Position numbers and translations under genes: made by a program
Shown: positions 19,212 through 26,057 of the stretch, piece after piece
How the letters are laid out: each line of letters starts with the position of its first letter
Numbering within the stretch: the first letter of the stretch is position 1
Assembly: GCA_003228095.2 (NCBI GenBank)
Contig: QGNM01000014.1
Coordinates: 3,879-35,878 of the forward strand
Length of the DNA stretch: 32,000 nt
Direction of reading: 5' to 3'
Source: Chloroflexota bacterium
GTDB lineage: Bacteria; Chloroflexota; Dehalococcoidia; Lucifugimonadales; UBA2962
The notes under the pieces: model-generated
The model's database searches: none
Seen by the model: the letters and a program-made list of their open reading frames with translations, nothing else
Told to the model about the DNA's origin: nothing

Positions 19212-20058
19212 TTTTCTTAATTACGCCCCTTATGAAGTTGATTTAGATACTGCAAAAGTAGTACTTATACCAGTGCCATATGATGGCACTACCTCATATA
19301 TCACAGGGACAAGGAATGGTCCTGAGGCGATACTACGGGCATCGGCACAACTTGAAGATTACGATTTGGAACTTGACTCAGATGCTTCATCTCAAGGTAT
19401 ATATACCACTTCTAGTTTGCCAATTGTTGCCGATGGGCCTAAACAAATGATTGATTCAGTCGAGAATGAAGTCAGCAAATACATACATAAAGACAAGATT
19501 GTCGGAGTTTTAGGGGGGGAGCATAGTATAAGTCTGGGTGTTGTGAGGGCTTTTAAGAAAACGTACCCTAATCTATCAGTACTTTATTTAGATGCTCATA
19601 GTGATATGAGGCAAAGTTACCAGGGGAGTCTTTTTAGTCATGGGTGCACGGCTAGAAGGATTATGGAACACGCGCCTATTACTTTAGCAGGTATTCGAAG
19701 TTTATCTCAGGAAGAAAAAGAATTCATTTCGTTGTCGTCGATACCTATTTTCCCTTGGCCACACGATTTTCATTCCAACGTAGATTGGACAAATAAAATA
19801 GTAAACACGTTAAAGCCTGATGTTTATGTGTCGATAGACTTGGATGTTTTGGATCCATCTATCATGCCCGCAGTTGGTAACCCAGAACCTGGAGGAATTA
19901 GTTGGCTAGAATTGCTTTCGTTGTTAAGGGTGATATCAGAAACGAGGAACATAGTCGGGTTTGATGTGGTGGAATTAACCCCTGGACATGAGACGGAAAG
20001 TTGCTCCTATTTGGCGGCTAAATTGGTGTACAAATTGATAAGCTATGTTGTTTTATGA
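19180..20058 (+). CDS. speB: Agmatinase / ureohydrolase (arginase family)
   Basis: 292 aa. Mn-ligand motifs are GGEHSIS, LDAHSDM and SIDLDVLDP. The ATG at 19180 has AGGTG upstream. An alternative ATG at 19204 overlaps the speH stop as ATGACTAA. Confidence 0.8.
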   Translation: MKRVVEKHMTNFLNYAPYEVDLDTAKVVLIPVPYDGTTSYITGTRNGPEAILRASAQLEDYDLELDSDASSQGIYTTSSLPIVADGPKQMIDSVENEVSKYIHKDKIVGVLGGEHSISLGVVRAFKKTYPNLSVLYLDAHSDMRQSYQGSLFSHGCTARRIMEHAPITLAGIRSLSQEEKEFISLSSIPIFPWPHDFHSNVDWTNKIVNTLKPDVYVSIDLDVLDPSIMPAVGNPEPGGISWLELLSLLRVISETRNIVGFDVVELTPGHETESCSYLAAKLVYKLISYVVL

Positions 20059-20090
20059 TTTAAATATGTAGTTCATTGATAATTGTCACA

Positions 20091-20099
20091 TGCTAGAAT
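20091..20099 (+). promoter_or_regulatory. Candidate extended -10 promoter element (TGcTAGAAT) for the cysteine desulfurase gene
   Basis: TGCTAGAATCG lies 16 bp upstream of the ATG at 20115. The same 11-mer occurs at 3280-3290 upstream of ltaE. Confidence 0.35.
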
Positions 20100-20114
20100 C
20101 GGTTACGTAATTTT

Positions 20115-21311
20115 ATGAATATTCCAAACACAGAACTTATTTATTTTGATCATGCTGCTACGACTCCATTGGAACCCAAAGTGTTCGAAGCCATGAAACC
20201 ATATTTTTTCGATAATTATGGAAACCCTGCAAGTTTGTATACTTTAGCTCAACAATCTCGGGAGGCAGTTGATGTTGCGAGAGATAAAGTTGCTAGTGTT
20301 TTGAATTGTAAAACCAGTGAAATTGTTTTTACTAGCGGAGGCACTGAGTCAGATAATGCGGCAGTAAAAGGTACAGCGGTTGCTTTAAAAAATGTAGGCA
20401 ATCATATTTTAACTACCTCCATAGAACATCATGCTGTTTTGCATTCATGTCAGCAGCTAGAGCAAATGGGATTTAATGTTACATATTTACCCGTGGATGA
20501 ATTCGGAAAAGTCTCACTTACAGATGTTGAGAATGCGATAACTTCAAAAACTATATTGGTTAGCATAATCATGGCAAATAACGAGATAGGGACGATTCAG
20601 CGAATTTCTGATATATCTAAGGTAATTAAACAAAAAGCAAGTTTTTACAATACAACGATACCTTTTCACACGGACGCTGTGCAAGCAGCAGGTTATTTAG
20701 ACTTAGATGTTCAGAAGTTAGGAGTTGACTTGTTAAGTTTGTCTGCACATAAGTTTTATGGACCTAAAGGAGTGGGGGCGCTTTTTATTAGAAGAGGCAT
20801 ACCGTTTGAACCTCAACAAGCCGGGGGTGGGCAGGAACGAGAGAGACGATCAGGCACACTGAATGTGCCAGGAATTGTTGGTTTAGGCTATGCTTTAGAA
20901 TTGGCTGAGAGCCGTATGGACACTTCTGTTGCGCACTGTTTGGATTTACGAGACAAGTTGATAAAAGAATTGATTGCAAATATACCAGCAACGAAATTGA
21001 ATGGACATCCTGTTGATAGACTTGCTAATAATGTAAATGTTTCTTTCGGTGGAGTGGATGGAGAGCCAATTCTTTTAGGAATGGATTTTGCGGGGATCTT
21101 TGTATCTAGTGGAAGTGCTTGTTCCTCGTCATCACTCGAACCTTCTCATGTTTTACTATCGATTGGTCTTAATGCAGAGGAAGCTAGGGGGAGTTTAAGA
21201 TTTACCCTGGGGTTGAATAATACAGACCAGGAAGTAGAAAAAACTTTGAAAATTCTGGCGGATCTTGTAAAAAAGTTAAGAGAAATGTCTTTCACTCCAG
21301 GAGTGCACTAA
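20115..21311 (+). CDS. Cysteine desulfurase, NifS/IscS-like (class V aminotransferase)
   Basis: 398 aa. [25 protein letters not shown] (PLP lysine) and the active-site loop SSGSACSS indicate a type I desulfurase. Confidence 0.85.
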   Translation: MNIPNTELIYFDHAATTPLEPKVFEAMKPYFFDNYGNPASLYTLAQQSREAVDVARDKVASVLNCKTSEIVFTSGGTESDNAAVKGTAVALKNVGNHILTTSIEHHAVLHSCQQLEQMGFNVTYLPVDEFGKVSLTDVENAITSKTILVSIIMANNEIGTIQRISDISKVIKQKASFYNTTIPFHTDAVQAAGYLDLDVQKLGVDLLSLSAHKFYGPKGVGALFIRRGIPFEPQQAGGGQERERRSGTLNVPGIVGLGYALELAESRMDTSVAHCLDLRDKLIKELIANIPATKLNGHPVDRLANNVNVSFGGVDGEPILLGMDFAGIFVSSGSACSSSSLEPSHVLLSIGLNAEEARGSLRFTLGLNNTDQEVEKTLKILADLVKKLREMSFTPGVH

Positions 21312-21312
21312 A

Positions 21313-21819
21313 TTGTTAAAATTAATAGTTCTTTCCACAGTAATGTTACTGTTTTTATTGTCTGGCTGTGGCGATAATGATACAAAAGTATTTGCTAAAA
21401 AAGGTAGAAACATACAGATTGTGTATGAAGAGCCAGTTATCGTTAAGAAACTTTTATTTGGCTCTGATGGTAACACTGCTTTACTGGAAGTAGATGATCC
21501 TAGTACTAGAATCGCAGCAGTTAAATTCACAATAGTTAATCAGCAAATTAATATTCTAAAACTTAGTATAGGCACAGATTCAGTTTTTATTGGAAATGGG
21601 ACTAAAGCTATAAGGATTCCTGCTTTATCTCCAACTGAAAATGCAACTGTCCCAGGTAGCTCTGATGGCATCGAAACATTCTCCCCTGTTTTATGGGGTG
21701 ATTTTGAAGTAGAAATGGGATACCAAGCATCGGGATGGATTTTCTTCGAGGTTCCTACAGGCCTAGAGCTCACTACTATATGGTGGCGAGCAGCTGACGA
21801 AATTATAGGAAGATTTTGA
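21313..21819 (+). CDS. Putative lipoprotein, function unknown (possibly DUF4352-like)
   Basis: 168 aa. Signal peptide MLKLIVLSTVMLLFLLSGC with lipobox LSGC. The C-terminal GWIFFEVP resembles DUF4352, recalled from memory and tentative. TTG start 1 nt after the upstream stop. Confidence 0.55.
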   Translation: MLKLIVLSTVMLLFLLSGCGDNDTKVFAKKGRNIQIVYEEPVIVKKLLFGSDGNTALLEVDDPSTRIAAVKFTIVNQQINILKLSIGTDSVFIGNGTKAIRIPALSPTENATVPGSSDGIETFSPVLWGDFEVEMGYQASGWIFFEVPTGLELTTIWWRAADEIIGRF

Positions 21820-21838
21820 GTATATTATTTTTCAAAAA

Positions 21839-21913
21839 TGATTTACTCTATACTAATATGGCAATAACAAAATTTGTTAAAAGACATATGTGATTTACTC
21901 TATATTAATTTGG
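21839..21913 (+). repeat. Two copies of a 23-bp direct repeat upstream of trxA
   Basis: TGATTTACTCTATACTAATATGG (21839-21861) and TGATTTACTCTATATTAATTTGG (21891-21913) are identical at 21 of 23 positions and offset by 52 bp. Confidence 0.6.
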
Positions 21914-21993
21914 TTATTTGATTACATGAAAAGTAATTGATTTAATTGAAACACTAGCCAACGCATCAAAAATAAATTGAAACGAGGAATATA

Positions 21994-22332
21994 ATGGCCA
22001 CCATCAACGTGAGTGACACGACGTTCGAATCTGAGGTTATCTCATCAGAGCAACCTGTTATGGTTGATTTCTGGGCTGAGTGGTGTGGTCCATGTAAAAT
22101 AGTGGCTCCTTTAGTTGAAGAACTTTCAGAGGAATATAAAGGCCAAGTGAAGTTCACCAAGGTTGATATTGATGAAAACCCTGAAATGGCACAGAAGTAT
22201 GGTGTAAGAGGCATCCCAACGCTTCTTATTTTTAACGGAGGATCTCCAGTAGATCAATTAGTAGGAGCACTGCCAAAGAAAACCATAAAAGACAAGTTAG
22301 ACAGTGTTTTAAATAACATTAATGGATCTTGA
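21994..22332 (+). CDS. trxA: Thioredoxin
   Basis: 112 aa. It has the WAEWCGPCK active site and the GIPTLLIF cis-Pro loop. GAGGA Shine-Dalgarno is upstream. Confidence 0.92.
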   Translation: MATINVSDTTFESEVISSEQPVMVDFWAEWCGPCKIVAPLVEELSEEYKGQVKFTKVDIDENPEMAQKYGVRGIPTLLIFNGGSPVDQLVGALPKKTIKDKLDSVLNNINGS

Positions 22333-22385
22333 AGTTTATAAATCTCAATAAGTTCATGTATGACTAGGTAGTCTTGGCTATGCAT

Positions 22386-22480
22386 GGGAGTGGATGGGTC
22401 CCGGTGGACCTCTCGATCTTCAAAATCGTTGGTTCCGGCCCTTCGGCCGGAACGGTGGGTTCGACTCCCTCGCACTCCCG
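22386..22480 (+). tRNA. selC: tRNA-Sec (anticodon UCA)
   Basis: Hand fold. Acceptor GGGAGTG(G) pairs with (G)CACTCCC, followed by discriminator G. The D-stem is 6 bp (GGGTCC/GGACCT) with a 4-nt loop. The anticodon loop is CTTCAAA (TCA at 22420-22422). The variable arm is 9 bp (GTTCCGGCC-CTTC-GGCCGGAAC). The T-arm GGGTTCGACTCCC is identical to E. coli selC in the loop. Length is about 95 nt and CCA is not encoded. A few non-Watson-Crick positions remain in my fold. Confidence 0.85.
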
Positions 22481-22495
22481 CCGTCACTCCTTTAT

Positions 22496-23311
22496 TTACT
22501 GTGCAATGACACCGCCATCAATTATTAATTCTGCACCAGTTACATATGAAGATTCATCTGATGCAAGAAATAATATACCCATCGCTATTTCTTCAGCATC
22601 TGCAAACCTTCCAAGGGGTATTTGAGACACCCGATCCGATAGTATTTCAGGATTCGTAAACAATTCAGTTGTGAGAGGCGTTTTGGTAAATCCGGGATGG
22701 ATCGAATTGACCCTTATGTTTTCTTTTGAATATTGTACTGCTGCAGCTTTGGTTAATTGCCTAACGGCGCCTTTTGCTGCTTGATATGAAGTCACAGTGT
22801 GTGTTCCAACTATGCCATGTATTGATGATACATTGATTATTGATCCACCTAACCCGTTTCTCATTAATGGAATTCCATGCTTCATTCCTAATAACACTCC
22901 CTGGGCATGGACTTTGAGTTGTGACTGCAGTCCATCAACAGTTATATGTTCCACCATCAGAGCCTCTTCAGAATTGCGAGCTGAAGTTAAAGATGGATCG
23001 TAATTTGGGACGCCAGTCCCTGCGTTATTTACTAAAATATCCAATTTTCCTTCTACTGAAGCTATGGATTTATATACTGACACCCATTCATCTTCGTCTG
23101 TCACATCTAAGTGTAAGTATCGAGCATGCCCTCCTATTTCGTTTATCTGGTTGGCAGTTTTCTGACCCATTTCATCATTAATATCTCCGATTAATACTTT
23201 TGCTCCTTCTTTGGCGCATATTCGTGCTGCTGCACCTCCGATTCCGTTTATTTCACCTGATAATCCTGTGGCTCCACCGGTAATTAATATAACTTTGTTG
23301 TTTAATCGCAT
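22496..23311 (-). CDS. Short-chain dehydrogenase/reductase (SDR), substrate unknown
   Basis: 271 aa. Motifs are NNAG, the S...YxxxK catalytic set (SSIHG..., SYQAAKG), and PG...T. The N-terminal glycine motif is interrupted: TGGATGLSGEINGIGGAAA. Confidence 0.8.
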   Translation of the reverse strand: MRLNNKVILITGGATGLSGEINGIGGAAARICAKEGAKVLIGDINDEMGQKTANQINEIGGHARYLHLDVTDEDEWVSVYKSIASVEGKLDILVNNAGTGVPNYDPSLTSARNSEEALMVEHITVDGLQSQLKVHAQGVLLGMKHGIPLMRNGLGGSIINVSSIHGIVGTHTVTSYQAAKGAVRQLTKAAAVQYSKENIRVNSIHPGFTKTPLTTELFTNPEILSDRVSQIPLGRFADAEEIAMGILFLASDESSYVTGAELIIDGGVIAQ

Positions 23312-23363
23312 GGTATTCTGTGCTCATATTGTTTTAATATTACTTTCGTTAATGATGTTAACG

Positions 23364-23377
23364 CTTAGAATTCTAAG
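23364..23377. promoter_or_regulatory. Perfect 14-bp palindrome carrying TAGAAT on both strands (candidate overlapping divergent -10 elements)
   Basis: CTTAGAATTCTAAG. TAGAAT reads at 23366-23371 on the + strand toward the LLM gene. It reads at 23375-23370 on the - strand toward the SDR gene. Adjacent hairpin CGTTAA-TGATG-TTAACG at 23347-23363. Confidence 0.3.
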
Positions 23378-23454
23378 TTTATTTTTATTATGATGAACTA
23401 TTTGATCGTTAAAGTCTATATTTAAAACCTTGCAAATATTTTAAGGAACTTTAT

Positions 23455-24606
23455 ATGAAATTTGGCCTTATGTACGAGACTCAAAGTCCTTTGGTTGACG
23501 GTGAAGTTGATGAAAAAGCACTCATTGAAAATACGATTGAGCAATGGGTTTTAGCAGATGAACTCGGGTACGATTATATATGGCTTGTTGAACATCATTT
23601 TCTGGACACATTTTCGGTATCGTCAAGTCCAGATATCCTTTACGGTGCAGCTAGTCGGTTAACTAAAAATATTCGATTAGGGTTTGGCGTCGTAGTTTTA
23701 CCTCAACATCATCCAGTTAGAATTGCTGAAAAAATAGCTATGGTTGATCAGTTGTCAAATGGGCGAGTGGACTTTGGGACTGGTAGAGGAGGAGCCTATG
23801 AACAAGTAGGATTAAATGTAGATCCTCGTTTAAGTCGATCTATGTGGGAAGAAGCGATTAATATGATTCCAAAAATGTGGGAAAAAGGTGAGTTTTCCTG
23901 GGAAGGAAAACATTGGAACATACCTCCCAGAAACGTTATACCTAAGCCTTTTCAAAAACCACACCCTCCGATGTGGCTGGCTGGTATGCAACCTGAAACA
24001 TATCGTATTGCTGCTGAAAAAGGGCTAGGGGTTTTATCACTATCGACTGGAGCTCCAGCTGAAATGGCACCATATATTAAGGAATATAAAAATAATATAC
24101 GTAATGCAAATCCAGTGGGAAATTTTGTTAACGATCAGTGGGCACACTTAGCGATATCTCATTGCGGGGTTGATGATAAGTTAGCTAAGGATACAGCAGT
24201 AAATGCATTGAAGAGTTTTTTTGGACCTGATCGCCCATATACTATGGGAGAAGGCGACATATACAAACAACTGATAAAAGCATGGGGCGGAGTTCCAGAT
24301 CATCTTAGGAACCAGTTTAAATGGGTGCTTAAAGAAGAAGAAAGCGTAACTGATTCTATAGAGGTTACAGAGACGTCAGTTAAACCATCTGGCATAGACC
24401 ATTTTGATAGCGAGACACTTTCCGATAGAGGTGTAATAATTGCAGGAGACCCAGATTCCTGTATAAAGGGAGTGAAAATCCACCAAGAAGCTGGAGAAGA
24501 TCAGGTTTTACTGCTTATGCAGTTAGATACTATACCTCATGAAGAAGTAATTAGTTCTATTAAAACCTTTGGAACAGAAGTTATGCCGGAGTTCAAGTCA
24601 GATTAA
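23455..24606 (+). CDS. LLM-class (luciferase-like) flavin-dependent oxidoreductase
   Basis: 383 aa. The MKFGLMYE start, YDYIWLVEHHF and SNGRVDFGTGRG are typical of the bacterial luciferase-like monooxygenase family. Confidence 0.75.
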   Translation: MKFGLMYETQSPLVDGEVDEKALIENTIEQWVLADELGYDYIWLVEHHFLDTFSVSSSPDILYGAASRLTKNIRLGFGVVVLPQHHPVRIAEKIAMVDQLSNGRVDFGTGRGGAYEQVGLNVDPRLSRSMWEEAINMIPKMWEKGEFSWEGKHWNIPPRNVIPKPFQKPHPPMWLAGMQPETYRIAAEKGLGVLSLSTGAPAEMAPYIKEYKNNIRNANPVGNFVNDQWAHLAISHCGVDDKLAKDTAVNALKSFFGPDRPYTMGEGDIYKQLIKAWGGVPDHLRNQFKWVLKEEESVTDSIEVTETSVKPSGIDHFDSETLSDRGVIIAGDPDSCIKGVKIHQEAGEDQVLLLMQLDTIPHEEVISSIKTFGTEVMPEFKSD

Positions 24607-24621
24607 TAAACTGGGGAGTCT

Positions 24622-24888
24622 ATGATAAAACCGTCTATTCAACATTGGATAATAAATATCATTGATAATCCACTATCATGGAGCATAGTTGGATTTATTG
24701 CGGGATTGTTATTGGGAGCTAATCTCATATCTATGTGGATCATGCTTTTAGCTTTGATACTATACCTTGGTTTACTTCGATATCATCGAGTAGCTAATCC
24801 ACGAACTGAAACTAAGTTATTTGCGACTGGTCCTGGGTTTTTAATTTGCTGGGTGTTCGGGCTTATAGTACACGGTTGGGTTTTTTAA
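24622..24888 (+). CDS. Small membrane protein, two predicted TM helices, unknown function
   Basis: 88 aa. GGGGAG Shine-Dalgarno lies 6 nt upstream, and the gene is 15 nt after the LLM stop. The hydrophobic segments are WSIVGFIAGLLLGANLISMWIMLLALILYLGLL and GFLICWVFGLIVHGWVF. Confidence 0.5.
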   Translation: MIKPSIQHWIINIIDNPLSWSIVGFIAGLLLGANLISMWIMLLALILYLGLLRYHRVANPRTETKLFATGPGFLICWVFGLIVHGWVF

Positions 24889-24907
24889 CTTACACTATTG
24901 CAATTAA

Positions 24908-26056
24908 TCAGACTTGCGACATTCTAGATCCTAAGAGTATCGATCTCATTATTTCCTCGCTAGCTTTTGATATTAATTCATACGCATTATCTGATGATTC
25001 TTGTAATGTCATTGGGCTGTTAGTAATAGAAAACACCGCATCTATTCCATGTTTGTGAACTAGTTCATAATTTGTGCCCAAGGAACCAGATAAGCCCACG
25101 ACCGGTATGTTTTTAGCTTTACTGGCTTTAGCAACGCCAATTGGTGCTTTCGAAAAGACCGTTTGAAAATCAATTTGACCTTCACCAGTGATAACTAAAT
25201 CGGCATTCTCTAGCTTTTGATCAAAATCCACAGTATCTAATACTATGTCGACACCTTTTTTTAGTGAGGCATTTAAAAATGCAAACATACCACCCCCTAG
25301 TCCTCCCGCAGCGCCTGCTCCGGGCATATGCTTTATTTGCTTGTTCAGGTCTCTATTAACTACATCAGAAAAATGTTGTAAAGCGTTATCTAGGACAGTA
25401 ATCATTTCTTTTGATGCCCCTTTTTGCGGTCCGTACACTGCAGATGCTCCTTCAGGGCCGCACATCGGGTTGTCGACATCACATGCCACTTTAAATATGC
25501 TTTCTTTGACTCTGGGATCTATTCTAGACATATCAATGGAGTCTAGGTGCTTAAGGTTAAATCCTCCAAAGTCAATTTCCTTTCCCGACGCATTTAACAA
25601 TCTTACTCCCAAAGCTTGAGCCAATCCCGCACCTGCATCATTAGTTGCGCTTCCACCGATACCAACTATAAATTCTCTGTAACCTTTGTCCATTGCCTTT
25701 GAAATTAGTTCTCCTAATCCAAATGTTGTGGCTTTGTAAGGATCTAGATCCTTTGGGTTTATCAGGGCAAGGCCGGATGTCCGAGCCATTTCAAGTATTG
25801 CAGTGTTCTTATTTGACAGAGCGCCCCAATCTGCTTTGATTTTTGACCCAAATGGTCCTGATATAGTTTCAGAAACAATATCTCCGCCCATTACGTCTAT
25901 TAAAGTTTCTAACGTGCCATCGCCTCCATCAGCTATAGGAAGTAATATAGTTTCAGAATCTGGCAAAACAATCTTAACTCCAGCTTCGATAGCTTTAGCT
26001 GCATTCATGCCTGATATGCTTCCTTTAAAAGCTTGTGGAGCGATTATAATTTTCAT
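24908..26056 (-). CDS. Glycerate kinase (GlxK/GarK family)
   Basis: 382 aa. MKIIIAPQAFKGSISG, PIADGGDGT and ITGEGQIDFQTVFSKAPIGVA match the glycerate kinase family. Confidence 0.85.
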   Translation of the reverse strand: MKIIIAPQAFKGSISGMNAAKAIEAGVKIVLPDSETILLPIADGGDGTLETLIDVMGGDIVSETISGPFGSKIKADWGALSNKNTAILEMARTSGLALINPKDLDPYKATTFGLGELISKAMDKGYREFIVGIGGSATNDAGAGLAQALGVRLLNASGKEIDFGGFNLKHLDSIDMSRIDPRVKESIFKVACDVDNPMCGPEGASAVYGPQKGASKEMITVLDNALQHFSDVVNRDLNKQIKHMPGAGAAGGLGGGMFAFLNASLKKGVDIVLDTVDFDQKLENADLVITGEGQIDFQTVFSKAPIGVAKASKAKNIPVVGLSGSLGTNYELVHKHGIDAVFSITNSPMTLQESSDNAYELISKASEEIMRSILLGSRMSQV

Positions 26057-26057
26057 T

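Noticed and set aside
22254-22625. ORF-track ORFs 22254-22487 (-) and 22374-22625 (+)
   Set aside because: Both run through the tRNA-Sec gene or antisense to the SDR gene. Their Arg/Gly/Ser-rich sequences merely reflect the GC-rich tRNA.
22481-23311. Genomic island integrated at selC, a classic integration hotspot
   Set aside because: The tRNA is followed within 16 nt by the stop of a convergent, ordinary SDR gene. There is no integrase, no repeat of the tRNA 3' end, and no compositional break.
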